DNA of 63,971 nucleotides, filler included, from Octopus bimaculoides (lineage: Eukaryota), in assembly GCF_001194135.2 (NCBI RefSeq). It is 7 parts of 6 records of this genome, joined end to end, with 100 filler letters (N's around TTAATTAATTAA, not from the genome) between each part and the next. Parts side by side here need not be neighbours in the genome. Positions count along the whole stretch, not along the records: positions 7,299 to 19,008 come from NC_068996.1; positions 19,109 to 21,472 come from NC_068989.1; positions 21,573 to 26,240 come from NC_068999.1; 4 more parts are not named here. The stretch is one strand, 5' to 3'. Position 1 is the first letter of the stretch. Each line of letters begins with the position of its first letter. The translations under genes and the position numbers were made by a program. Under the pieces are notes generated by a model. It was not told the DNA's origin. It saw only the letters and a program-made list of their open reading frames with translations, and did no database searches. Shown here piece by piece: positions 11,422 through 24,796 of this stretch.

Positions 11422-11640
11422 AAGGTGGTGAGCTGGCAGAATTGTTAGCTCATTGGACAAAATGTGTAGTGGTATTTTGCCCACCGCTACATTCTGAGTT
11501 CAAATTCTGCCAAGATCAACTTTGCCTTTCATCCTTTTCGGGTTGATAAATTAAGTACCAGTGAAACACCAGGGTCAATATAATCAACTAGGCCCCTCAC
11601 CACAAATTTTAGGCCTTGTGCCTATAGTAAAAAGGATTAT
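11422..11640 (+). mobile_element. tRNA-derived SINE
   Basis: AAGGTGGTGAGCTGGCAGAATTGTTAG head, with the same body as 32478-32728. Confidence 0.75.
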
Positions 11641-12144
11641 CTTCATCATCCTTTAGTATTCATTTTTCATGCTGGCATGGGTTGGACAGTTTGACCAGAG
11701 CTGGCAAGGCAGAGGGCTGCACCAGGATCCAGTCTGATTTGGCTTGGTTCCTAGGGATGGATGCCCTTTCTAACTCCAACTACTTTAAAGTGTGTGCTAC
11801 ATGCATTTAACATGGCACTGACACAAGCGATTTTACATGATGCTGGCCATGCTGGAGCACTGCCTTGAAAGGCAAATGAATTGGCCTCAGTAATTTTTTT
11901 TCTTTTTAGCCTGATTGTTATTCTGTCTGTCTCTTACACCCAACTGCTAAGTTACAAGGGACACTAACACTGGTCATCAAATAGTTGTCAAATGGTTGTC
12001 ACACTGACACACACACACACATACATAAATATATATATATATGTATGTATGTGTATATATATATATATATATATATANNNNNNNNNNACACACACACATA
12101 CATAAATATATATATATATGTAACATGCACACTGACATTACACA

Positions 12145-12786
12145 TGCTTCACTGGGTGTGCAATGTCAATGTGCTTGTTCAACAGAGTGTAAGCATCTTC
12201 AGAGAAAGGTTAGGCATAAGAGGAATCGGATGTGGTGTGCAAGAGAGATGACTGTGCTGGTATGGTCATGTGATATGTATGGACAAAGACAGCTGTGTAA
12301 AGAAGTGCTGACATGGGACAAGGTGGTGAAGCATGACCTTCGAACTTTGAGCCTCACAGAGGCAATGACTGGTGACCAAGACTTTTGGTGGTATGCTGTG
12401 CTTGAAAGGACCTGTCAAGCCAAGTGCACCCATGCTGATGGTACATAAAAAGCATCTTTTGAACGTTGGGCCTCACGGAGGCAAAGTGGCTGAGTCCCTT
12501 TTGAGCGTTGAGCCTCACAGATGCAAGGTAGCTGAGTTCCTCTCAAGCATTGGGCCTAATGGAGGCAAAGTGGCTGAGTTCCTTTTGAGCGTTGGGTCTC
12601 ACATAAGCAAAGTGACTGAGTTCCTTTTGAATGTTGGGTCTCATACAGGCAATGACCAAGACCTTCAGCGTTATATCATGCTCGAGAAGAAGACCCATCA
12701 AGCCAAGCAAAATGGAGTCGTGGTAGATACCAGTGTCACGCAAATTGGCACTCATGCCAGCATGGACAACAGATGTTAAATGATGT
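12145..12786 (+). mobile_element. RTE LINE 3' fragment containing a 42-bp minisatellite
   Basis: WDKVVKHDLRTLSLTEAMTGDQDFWWYAVLE, homologous to 10099-10385. Confidence 0.75.
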
Positions 12787-12795
12787 GTGTGTATA

Positions 12796-13120
12796 TCATC
12801 ATCATCATCATCATCATCATCATCGTTTAACATCCACCTTCCATGCAGGGTGGGATGGTTTAACAGGAGCCGGCTAGGCAGAAGACTGTACCAGACTTCT
12901 GGAACTGTTTTGGCAGGATTTTTACAGTTGGATGCCCTTTCTAACACCAACCACTCAGCAGAGTGGATGTAGTACTTTTTACGTGACACAAGCACAGGCG
13001 AGGTCAGTTTTGGCAAGTTTTTTTATGGCTGGATACCCTTCCAAATGCCAACCACCTTACAGTGTGGACTGGATACTTTTTAAGTGCCACCTGCACTGAC
13101 AGGGTCACCAAGTACTTTGC
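12796..13120 (-). mobile_element. RTE 3' UTR / RTE-tailed SINE, tail-to-tail with the preceding copy
   Basis: (CAT)n-CGTTTAAC..TTCCATGC..GGATGCCCTT is the reverse complement of the tail at 10770-10933. Confidence 0.7.
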
Positions 13121-13145
13121 ATACATACACATGTGTGCACACATA

Positions 13146-14065
13146 TTGGGTCATCCCATAAATAATGCGACTTTTTCAATTGCATGAGCTAAAAGTCAAG
13201 GGGAACGGGATAAACTATCTGCATCAACTTGCTATAAAAGCAGGTAGTAATTTTACCTTGTCCTTATTCTTAGTGTAAGTTTTGAAGAGTGCAGTTCGAT
13301 TTTTAACAGTTATTTTTTCAAAGCTATAATGGAAGTGACAAAGGAGCATATTTGGTATATTTTACTTTATGAGTTCAATAAAGGCAACAGCTTTAAGTGT
13401 GAGGAATATTAATGCAGTATATGAGGATCAGACAATAAGCATAAGCCAGTGTCAATGGTGGTTCCAGAAATTCTGAGCTGGAAACTACAGCCTAGAAGAC
13501 AACACTCATCCTCAAAGATCTGTAGAGCTCAATAAAGACGTCCTGCAAACCCTGGTAGAACAAAATCCCACTGTAACTGTTGAGGAACTAGTAGAGAAGC
13601 TTGGATTTGGTCATTCAACCAGTCATTCAAGTTAGCTCTAAAAGAAAAATGGCTGTCTTTGGTTTCAAAATGAAAGGTGCTCTTCCATCAGGATAATGCT
13701 TAGCTATATACTGCAAGGATGACATTCCAAAGGCTGGGGCAATTTGAATGTGAAACATCGCCTCAATCCACCATATTCACCAGACATTGCCCCATCTGAT
13801 TATCATTTATTTCACGGCTTCAAAATCATTTGGACAGAAAAAATATGAATTCTGTAGACGAGGTCAGAACAGTACTGGAGGAGTATTTTACATTACAAAC
13901 AAGTGAATTTTGGAAGAGGGGCCTTGCAAGTCTACCAGATAGATTGAAGAGCATTATAGAAAATGAAGGAGAGTATAATATAGATTAAAAAAGAACTTTC
14001 TTTATTTTAATTTTGAAAAATAAAAGAAGTATGAAAAAGACTGCATTATTTATGGGATGACCCAG
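13146..14065 (+). mobile_element. Internally deleted mariner (DD34D-type) DNA transposon with both TIRs and TA target duplication
   Basis: TA|TTGGGTCATCCCATAAATAATGCG ... TGCATTATTTATGGGATGACCCAG|TA. Internal frames give QWWFQKF*AGNYSLED, DVLQTLVEQNPTVTVEELVEKLGFGHST, LFHQDNA, a decayed PPYSPDIAPSDYHLF, and DEVRTVLEEYF...FWKRGLASLPD. Confidence 0.9.
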
Positions 14066-14339
14066 TATACATGTATATATACACATATACTTAAAAGGTC
14101 ATTGGTTATGGCCAGTCAGAGAGTAACCAGTGTGGTTTTACACCTATTAAACTCAATGGCTGTAGGCACATAAACTACAGCTTGAGATAGGGAAAAATCT
14201 TGGTCAGTTAGTCTTATAAACAAAATAATCCCAAAAAGAAATACTAATGTTTGACGATATTTCTGTGCAGAATGGAGTTATCTGCCTTAGATTGGTTCCA
14301 GTTACATCTGAAAAGGGTCAGCGTAAGGACAATTACTTT

Positions 14340-15950
14340 TCACTAGTTGGTAAGTAGGAGATTCCACATTTTCAACACAAATTTCCTCTGAGGAGGGCAC
14401 CAACTAGAAGTTTCTTTTTTGAAGTCTAAGAAAAAACCCAGGTCAAGTGAGTTCTTCAGGATTGTTCAAGTCTCAGCCAAGCAAAGTTTAGATCATTTGC
14501 TTTCAGTAAGGTACAGCCCCGCTTGTTCTTGGAGCTTCCATTTAATTATGTATGGCATACTGTCCTGATTTAAACGCAATACATAGCTGGCCAAGGACGT
14601 AATATTGTGCCTCTCTGGGATTTATCTGTGATTGTTAAGACACTGCTTGAAGGGATCTTCTGTAGCCCAACACATTTCCGTGTCTATGTCCTTGCACTAA
14701 TGGTGTTCCTGTTGCTACCATTATTGCTGCTATTGCTGTTGTTACTACTGGACACATTGCTGGTGCATCTGCAGTTGCAACTGTTCCTGCTGGTGTCACT
14801 GCCACGGTTGCTGTTGCTGCTGCCATCACTTCTGTTACTGTCGGATGTGATGTTGGTGTTGTTGTTGCTGTCACTAGCACCACTGTTGTTTCCACTGGAT
14901 GTGTTGTTGGTGTTGCTGTTGTTGTTGCTGATGCCATTGGTGTCACTGTTGCCATTGCTGCCAGACAGTGCCCTAGCCTCAGAGTTGCATTGCCCCAACC
15001 TCATCCCACTAGGCACTTATATTTAAACCTGCATGAGCATCCTGCCTCTGTGGAGTTTAGGGATGACTTTATGATGGTGCTTCCTTTTGTGGGTGTTAGG
15101 ACCCAGCATAAAGGCAATGCAGTCCTTAAACCCTTTGGCTGCCTAACCTCATTGTAATAGGGGGCTGCAGCATTGAAAATCTCTTTACTCAGGGATAGGT
15201 TCAAAATCCCATTACTGACACCCTTCTCTAGGTTTTTGAACATGATAGTTGGGTGACAGGATGCTGTGTTAATGTATGACAACCTTTTGTTTTGGTTTGC
15301 AGTGGGACCCGTATAAAGAGGTACCAAGGTCTAACATAATGTTTATAAAGTTAACAAAGATTGGTATCAGTTGTCTTAAAGCAAGAGAGCTAAGGGTGCA
15401 AATTGGGTCCTTACTCAGCCTATCTAGGGTATGCCCATTAGTGCCTCTAGAGATGGTTAAAGGGACTTCTCTTTGTATAGACCAAAAAGGACTGATGGGA
15501 ACCTCTTTGTTAAGGTGTTCAGTATATAAAATCCTATGAGGTAGCAGACATCCATACTGTCGAATACTCCCATCACCACATCAAAGGAGCATACTGGGTC
15601 AGTTTGTTTGACCCAGACCAAACCTTTATGCATTATTATATCTGTATCTCTGTTACAAACATTAGTAAAATTCCAAGAAAGCATAAGAGCCTTAACTAAT
15701 AACCCTTTCAATATAGACAGATAAAAATCTACTATATCAAATTGGGTGAATCTTACTCTGCCTCTACTGTGGTTAGATTTAAACCATAAAATAACTTCAT
15801 TGGTATTATGCCATAAGGAGAGATTGGATGCCTTCTTTATGTCAGCATTGATATGTCTCAGTATATGCTCGTTCGCCAGCACAATTTCTGATTTAGCTGG
15901 ATTTTTGTGTGATGTTATTCTCTAAAGGCCTATCATATGTGCAGGTGTCT
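14340..15950 (-). mobile_element. Decayed Penelope-like retroelement (RT, thumb and GIY-YIG)
   Basis: 15457-15882: RFTQFDIVDFYLSI...FDVVMGVFDSMDVCYLIGFYIL...GLYKE (cf. FDIVDFYPSI / MGSFDGAEVCELVG / GLYRDD). About 15150-15330: YINTASCHP..FNAAAPYYNE. About 15020: CSCRFKYKC. About 14340-14600: SLASYVLRL...IKWKL...KLCLAE. Confidence 0.8.
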
Positions 15951-16149
15951 GCTCTATATAGGCTTTTTGTTTTGTCAGAGAACAGTAAAGCCCCATCCAA
16001 ATTTTTTAGTAGATGTATATTGGAAAAAAGCCTGTACTGAAAAGGGCTGGAGGGTTACTGAATTTCATTTTGGTGATGATGCTCAGTAAGATGGGCTTCT
16101 TTCAGTTTCCTCTACCAAATCCACTCACAAGGCTTTGGTCAGCCAGGGT

Positions 16150-16375
16150 CTACGAGGTTCAGCTGAAAAGTTTATAGGCTGACCAACATACTCTCATGGA
16201 ATGTGACCAAATAAGGTTTATTTTTCAACATTGTCCTCCTTGTGTCCATACACTTCACCAATCAGTGTTGCAGTGCTTGGATCCCATTGGGGAAGAAGCT
16301 TTCATCCTGTTGATCAAAGAAAATCAACAGCAGATATGACATCATCATCACTATGATGAATTTTTAGTGAAATGA
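16150..16375. mobile_element. Mariner-like terminal fragment
   Basis: Begins TACGAGGTTCAGCTGAAAAGTT, resembling mariner TIR starts. No partner TIR seen. Confidence 0.4.
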
Positions 16376-16479
16376 ATCAACCCCACTGCTTATGTAGTTT
16401 TTTAAAAGACTGGTCAGCATGGCTGCAGTCTAATGACTGAAACAATTAAAAGACTGAAGATAAAAGATAAATATGACAT

Positions 16480-16925
16480 AGGTGCAGGTGTGACTGTGTG
16501 GTAAGAAGCTTGCTTCCCAATCACATGATTTCAGGTTCAGTTCCACTGCATGGCATCTTGGGCAAGTGTCTTCTACTACAGCCTAGGGTCATCCAAAGCC
16601 ATGTGAGTGGATTTAGTAGATGGAAACAGAAAGCCTGTTGTGTGTGTGTGTGTGTGTGCGTGCGTGCATGCGTGTGTGTGTGTATGTGTGTATGTGTCTG
16701 TGTGTGTGTGTGTTTGAGTCTGTTTTTGTTCTCCCATCACCGCTTGACAACTGGTGTTGGTGTGTTTATGTCTCCATAACTTAGCTGTTCAGCAAAAGAG
16801 ACCGATGGAATAAGTACACCAGGCTTAAAAAATAAGTCTTGGGGTTGATTTATTCAACTAAAAAGGCAGTGCTCCAGTATGGCCACAGTGAAATGACTGA
16901 AACAAGTAAGAATAAAAGAATAAGA
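16480..16925 (+). mobile_element. Full-length tRNA-derived SINE with internal (TG)n microsatellite
   Basis: Head GGTGCAGGTGTGACTGTGTGGTAAGAAGCTTGCTTCCCAA (A box) and GGTTCAGTTCC (B box), then (TG)n at 16640-16710, then the 3' body. Confidence 0.8.
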
Positions 16926-17161
16926 ATGATAATCTGCGAGGGAACTTTTGTATGGTTACTTGAATTGTTGGAAAAGAAAATCACATCTTGAAATTACTCA
17001 CTACCCTTAGTAAAGAGCATTTTGAAAAAAAGTTTGTATTCCATGTTTTCGTATTTCATGTTGTTTACACTCTGTGCTGTCCTGTGCCCATGTATGTATG
17101 TGTATATACATATATATGTATGTACATATATGTATGTATGCATATATATTTATATATTATT

Positions 17162-17229
<68 letters not shown>

Positions 17230-17754
17230 GTATATGTATGTTTACATCAGATATAAGAGCCCCAACAGGCATGAAAACTGCAAAACAATTTAAGCAGCCA
17301 CAACAAATATACTAATCAATTGTTCTTTACTTCTTTAGTTAGTTTATTTGTAGCCTTTGCAGTGAAGACCATGCTGGAGTATTACCTTGAATATACGAAA
17401 AAGACAGCATGCAAACCAACATTATTGATATTTGACATCAGTGATTCTCAAAGTGACAAATGCCATCACCATCGCTCCCCCCCCCCACTACCCTCACCAT
17501 CAAAATACAATGGAAACATTTTGCCGCACCCTACCCGCATTCTTTATTCACGAGAAGGCAAAATATAAAGTTCACACCATTTAATTACTTCTCTGTTACC
17601 ATGAGTTGGACATGTTCAAAACTATCATTGTAGTTTGTCCATTCCCATTTTTACTCCTGTCATATCATCTCACCCACCAATGAGAAACACAGCAATTACT
17701 CCAAAAATTATGGAAGAACAGTACACTTGATTATATTAACTCTTGAACTCGACC

Positions 17755-18055
17755 AGTGAAGGCACATGGCTTAGTGGTTAGGGTATTCGATTCATGATTG
17801 TAACGACATGATTTTGATACCCAGCAGTGTATTGTGTCATTGAGCAAGGCACTTTATTCCACTCAGCTGGTAAAAATGAGTAATACCTATATTTCAAACG
17901 GTCGGCCTTGTCACATTCTGTGTCATGCTGAATCTCTCTGAGAACTATGTTAAGGGTGCATGTGTCTGTGGAGTGCTCAGCCACATGCACATTCATTTTA
18001 CAAGCAGGTTTTTCCATTGAAGGGATCAACTAGAACACTCATTATTGTAACCAAC
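17755..18055 (+). mobile_element. tRNA-derived SINE of a third family
   Basis: Head GGCACATGGCTTAGTGGTTAGGGTATTCGATTC followed by a distinct central domain (GGTCGGCCTTGTCACATTCTGTGTCA...). Confidence 0.55.
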
Positions 18056-18407
18056 AAAGTGACAGTTTAGTTTAGAGAATTGATCAATATTAATTTTATC
18101 AATAACCACTACTCAAGAAGGATGAAAAGTAAATTGAAATTCAGTTGGATTTTAACTCAGGAGTTTAAAAAATAATTAAAGAGCTCAAAGAACATTGTCC
18201 TTTGCTCTTCTGATTATAAACTGTTTTGAAACTTACATAGTTTTATTTTATAATAGTATTATTTACTCTAAAACAAAGGCAGTGAATTGGCAAAATTGTT
18301 AGCATATTGGACAAAATGCTAAGTGATATTTCAGTTTTGAAATATTTTACTATAGCCACAAGCCGACCAAAACCTTGTGAGTAGGAAGTCTGTGTCACAC
18401 ACACACG

Positions 18408-18443
<36 letters not shown>

Positions 18444-20072
18444 TGTGTGTGTGTGTAATTATGTGTGTCTTTGTGTCTGTGTTTGTTCCCCCACCATCAC
18501 TTGACAACTGATGTTGGTGTGTTTATAATCCTGTAACTTAACAGTTCGGCAAAAGAGACCAATAGAATAAGTTCTAGGCTTTAAAAATAAATAAGTTCTG
18601 GGGTTGGTTTCTTCAACTAAAAAAAAACCTTTAAAGTGATGCTCCAGCATGGCTGCAGTCAAATGACTGAAACAAGTAACAATATATATATATATATCTT
18701 AATATATAAATCTGAAGTTGTGTGTTTGTGTGAAGCCTTTTTGAATGTTTATAGAAATCCACATTTTCCACTTTTTCGTAAAAAATTTTACATCAATGGA
18801 ATTTTCTCAATGTGAACTTACCAGTGCAGTAATTAGATTTTTAAAATTCCGTTTACTTTGTGTGATTTAAGGGAGTTTTGGCTGTTGTTTCTAGCAACTT
18901 TTATATTTCATCCCTTCTACCTGGAACGCCATTCTTACACACGCGCTCAACATAAAAATATAGAGAGTAAGAGTTAAAGAGGGAGAGGGAGAGAGAGAGA
19001 AAGTGATANNNNNNNNNNNNNNNNNNNNNNNNNNNNNNNNNNNNNNNNNNNNTTAATTAATTAANNNNNNNNNNNNNNNNNNNNNNNNNNNNNNNNNNNN
19101 NNNNNNNNATATATATATATATATGTACATGTATATATACGTGAGTGTGTGTAGTGGGGTGGGTGTCTGTGTATTTGTGTCTGTGCTTGTTTCCCACACT
19201 GCTTGCTGTTTTTACGCCCTTGCTCGGCAAAAGAAACCGAATTAAGTAGCAAGCTTTAAAGGAATAAGCACTGGAGCCGATGCATTCGACTGAAACTCTT
19301 CAAGGCGGTGCCCCAGCATGGCCGCAGTCTAATGACAGAATCAAGTAAAACATAAGAAATATGTTATTCCTTGTTATTGGGTTGCAAAAGAATACCATTC
19401 TTACAAAGAATTACTACAACGCTTGTCGACACACAGAAGAGAACTCTGACTCTTTTTATACATGGCCATGAATGACATTTTGTCAACAAGTAGGATGGTT
19501 TCCATATGTGGTTCTGTTGTGGTAGAACAGTGGTCATTCTGTGGGGGCGTAACTCTAGTCAGCAGAAAGAATATATTCTCCAAGAAGTTCCATTTTCAGC
19601 TCTCATGACGATTTTGCTTCGTGTAACTATAATAGGTGCGTGGATGCACCTGAACAATTGATGATAAGATGTTGTCGTAGAAATATATAAATGTACATAA
19701 CTACGTACGCTTTACCTGTATGTTCATGGAAGTGTGTACGCATACATATACGTGTGTATCTATATCAATAAACGGTTTGCATATTATGCAAATAGGTGTG
19801 CTTAAGTGTATCTGGGAGTGTGTGCGCTTATGCTCGTGTGTCTTATAGGTTTTCATATGCGTATGTATATAAGCATATGTCCGTACATATACGTTCTTAT
19901 TAAAGTAAGTATACGGCGCATGTGTGAGCATATATATGCTTATATGACGTCTGTGTGTTTATGTATGTATATGCATGTATAATCATGTCTATATGTATGC
20001 AGTTATGTGACTATTATATGTATATATGCATAAATGTAAGTATGTGTTTATGCACGTAGGTATGTGTATGTA

Positions 20073-20131
<59 letters not shown>

Positions 20132-20446
20132 ATATATGAATGTATGAGTGTATGTATGTATGTATGCATATATGACACATATGCATGTACATGTATGTAT
20201 GTATATATGTGTGTGTGTGTGTGAATGTGTATTTGAGTTTGTATAAGTTTACCTGTGCATAAGCATACAAGCACGTATATAAGTATATATGTGCATTTAA
20301 GCACGTACGTATGTATATAAATATGTATATACATATATATATATATGCATGTGTGCATGCATATATGTATATATATACGTACGTATACATATGTATGCAT
20401 ATGCATGCGTTTACGTATGTCTACATGCATGGATGTATGTATGTAT

Positions 20447-20484
<38 letters not shown>

Positions 20485-20860
20485 TACCAATACGTTTAGC
20501 TAAATCCACATAACAAATCAAATCGTTCGTTGTGTGCGAGACAGGCTAATATTAAACACATGCCAATGATAAGATCAAAACGTAAAGCCCGTATGTTAAA
20601 TGTATCCCATTGACCGTTACAATCTTTCAGTTCGGCCGCATGAAAAGATTGAATAGAGTATCTTTTCAGTCGCCTTTTATATCCATTAATTCTGTCTTCG
20701 CATTGAATTTATCCGATCTGCTATGTTTATTGGATCACGACACGAAAGTTCACTGGGCAGGGAGGTGCTGCTGCCATTGAATAGACAGCGGCCGATTTGC
20801 TCGGACTTACATTCAGTACCCACCATCACCACCACCACCACCACCACCACCACTACTACC

Positions 20861-20899
<39 letters not shown>

Positions 20900-21171
20900 C
20901 CATTCTCTCTTACACTTTCTCTTTCACTCTCGTAGATAGATAGAAAGTTATATGCATGAATAATGGCGTTTTCACGGTCACAACTATGGCGTTCATTTCC
21001 TGGACGTTGTTTGCTTAATTAAGGAGAATCTTCTCCCCCAACCGCCGCCACCAGAACCACCACCACCACTACCACACGTCCACCCTTTTTATCATTTCAA
21101 TCGTTTTTGCCACCAGTTGTTTTAGTATTCGCGTTTCGTATACATGCGCATACATACACACGTTTCACACT

Positions 21172-21172
<1 letters not shown>

Positions 21173-21243
<71 letters not shown>
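21173..21243. repeat. Pure (GATA)n tetranucleotide microsatellite
   Basis: Direct inspection. Confidence 0.95.
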
Positions 21244-21427
21244 GTGTGATATATTACAGTGTCTGCAAGTATATGTGTATGAGGGAAAAAACAGGAAAAG
21301 TCCAATTTGTTACAATGCGTTAGTATATATGTCTAATATCTATGTATAGACATATATGTAATATCTATATATATCCATATAGATATATATATATCTATAT
21401 ATATATATATATATGTATACCAATATG

Positions 21428-21472
<45 letters not shown>

Positions 21473-21572
21473 NNNNNNNNNNNNNNNNNNNNNNNNNNNN
21501 NNNNNNNNNNNNNNNNTTAATTAATTAANNNNNNNNNNNNNNNNNNNNNNNNNNNNNNNNNNNNNNNNNNNN

Positions 21573-21630
<58 letters not shown>

Positions 21631-22366
21631 TTATTATGTGTATATAAACGTGCGAGTCGGAGAAACAATTTCGTTCAAATATAAACCGCATCACATCGAC
21701 ATACATTGTGAAAGAAACGTCACTCATTCTTTCTCATTCCGTACTCCGTATAACTGCCTGGCATGTCTATGTATACAAATAAATAATCAGATGCATTCGG
21801 AAATCAGTTATACAATGCCTGTGTGGATTTGTGTGCGTGTGTGAATGCATGTCTGTGTGAATGCATGTGTATGTGTGTATACTAATATATATGCATATAT
21901 TTATATATCTGTCCACACGCACACATACACATACAGACACACACATATATGGTTATACGTATGTTGATGTCTATACAAGCATTCAAGCACGCGCACTCAT
22001 ACATGTATTATGTATGTATATATGTACATATTAATGTATCTATACATGTGTATATGTATTGAATGCATTTGTTTGGCACTGGAGAATGTATGTATCAGTT
22101 AGATATAGCGAGATACAGTTAATTTCATTGTCTAGATGATTTTTTTGTTTGTCGTATTAAAACTGATTTTGTCTTGTGATAACAATTTTCTAATTTTCTG
22201 CGGAAGTGACGGTGTAAATGTGTGGATTGAAGTGAATGTGGACATGAGAGGATTGGTGTAGGTACGTGCATATATGTGTGTGTGTGTGTGTGAGTGTGTA
22301 TGTTTGTATATATATATATATATGCACATACACCGCAATTGTATGTGTGTGCTTTTGTGTATATGT

Positions 22367-22435
<69 letters not shown>

Positions 22436-22552
22436 GGCACACACACCACACACACACGCACAGATGCACATATATGTTGTATGTGACTACTTTTATTGAT
22501 ATATATATATGGAAGTATATATACATACGTATATATATTTATATTTTGGTGC

Positions 22553-22584
<32 letters not shown>

Positions 22585-24521
22585 ATATGAGTGTGTATGT
22601 GTGTGTTTATGTGTATTTGTGTGCGCGTATGATTGTGTGAGTAACTGTTTTATTTAATACAGCTATTGTTAGTAGGTGTGATCACACTAATGTTAGAGGC
22701 CACATCGACAACGACAACAGCGATGATGATGATGATGATGATGATGACGATGATGATGACAGTTTCCTGTGCTAATGAAGGCAGCGATGACAATAGGATT
22801 TAATATATTATGATAACACCCCGATGGCACAGTATGGTATCCCATGATAGTGTCCAGCATTTTTTTTTATCTTCATTCCTCTTATAAATTTTGTTTTTCT
22901 CGTTAAATGATAGCTGTGGTAATGATGTGAAAATTGCTGTGTTAAATGCATGATGGAGGCAAATAGCATGGCAGTGATTGTTACAATAGTGAAGAATATT
23001 GGTGAAGATTTCTTGGTTAATGATAAAATCTTTTACTACGTAACTATGATGAACGATTCGGAATTATTTGCTGGTTATTCTAAAGAAGAAACAATTTCTC
23101 ATAGTCTTCATCAGTGTAGTAGAATGTATATTAATCGCATTAGTTGAATATTAATGCTTATGAATTTATATTAACTATTGTTGAAATTACGTAAACTTAC
23201 ACGATACTCCTATAGATAGTCGACTTTCAACGATTACGTCGCTTGTGTTTTCGTTGTATATACTATCGTTAAACTACGTAATAGCGAATATGGACGTTCA
23301 GCTGCATTAATAATGAATCTATTAGCTTGAAGGTAGGTCACATTTTCGTATTCATTTATCGGTCATTTACTGGCTTTGTGAAGCGAATTTAGAAAAATAT
23401 GTGATCAAATAGTGTTCTCTATTAAACTGACAAGAGGCTCGTTAAGAAATCCAGTACCCAAGTATCCAGGGATTCCAATCTTCCCAAGTGGGGTTAAAAA
23501 TCCAGGAGATAATTTATGAACGACAAAAAGACACCCAATAGCAAAATGAAAGCTCATGTGTTAATCTCACAAGGGAAAGATACGCAATTGGCGTTTCATT
23601 TTTGTTCATATTCATCATAATAATAGGTAAGGATGATGAAAAATTAGCTGGAGCAAAATTAATACGCGTACGTACATATATGTGTGTGTCTCAGAAGCAT
23701 TCAGTAAATAATGATGGTGCATAGTCTGGTAAAAGTGTTTTCTGCAATAGAAGAGTATATAGCGTGAAAGTTTTATCTGTGGTGGACCTCTGTTTGGATA
23801 TGAACGTGTGGGATATTAAATAAAGAAGATCAGTTGTAGACACCATATGGTGTTGGTTTCCTAAATATGAGGTCAGTTTTTTTTCACGGAGTAGTTGTAA
23901 AAGAAGTGTTCCTTGGTGAGGTAGAGTTATCAAGAAAAACTGATGAAAATATGAACGCTCTAAATAATAAAAGTATTGAATAATGAATTTTTCAACCAGT
24001 GGCCTAGTATGTATAAAAAGTCAATAGACATATTTTCAATATAAAAATTAGTTTACATTTAAACACAAAGAGGCGAGCCTTAACAGGTCGCCTTACATAC
24101 TAGAAAGAACAGTCAAAAGTCCAAACCACAGTTAAGGGCAATTACGAAGGGAATGAAAAATAAAAACATATACCATGTTTATATACCATACATATATCTA
24201 TATATCTATATATATATATATATATATATGCATGTATGTATGTATAGAATGTAAACACACATGCTTCAATGCGTATATATACTTGTAGGTAAAAGAAGAG
24301 GCGTACAATTTGATACAATAAGAAATTCATATTTAGAATTTATTTGGCACTCAAGCAAAAAATGGGATTCAAGTCCATATAGCTTCATGAGTTGCAATTT
24401 TTAAACAAGGCTGTCAAGGGAAAATGACGCATGCGCATGCATACACCCGTATATATATGCATAACATATATCCTTACTTCCACTTTATCGTTCTCTCTCT
24501 CTGTCTCTCTCTCTCTCTCGC

Positions 24522-24568
<47 letters not shown>

Positions 24569-24756
24569 ATGTGTGTGTACGTGTGTGTGTGTGTGTTTGT
24601 ATTTGTGTAATGTGTCTTTGGGTAGTTGTGGCTGTGTATATACGTTCTACATATGCATATGTACGTGCACATAAATACATATACACTCATATACATGCAT
24701 ACATATGAGTACGCATATACTAAGTATATACATGCCTATATACATACATATATATA

Positions 24757-24796
<40 letters not shown>

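Noticed and set aside
14271-14349. Plus-strand exon-like segment (TGCAG..G|GTAAGT; NGVICLRLVPVTSEKGQRKDNYFSLV)
   Set aside because: It overlaps the 3' end of the minus-strand Penelope element and has no homology; probably fortuitous.
16480-16560. tRNA-like sequences at SINE heads (also 1867, 11422, 17755, 32478, 43700)
   Set aside because: They continue into SINE bodies and lack a complete cloverleaf; not tRNA genes.
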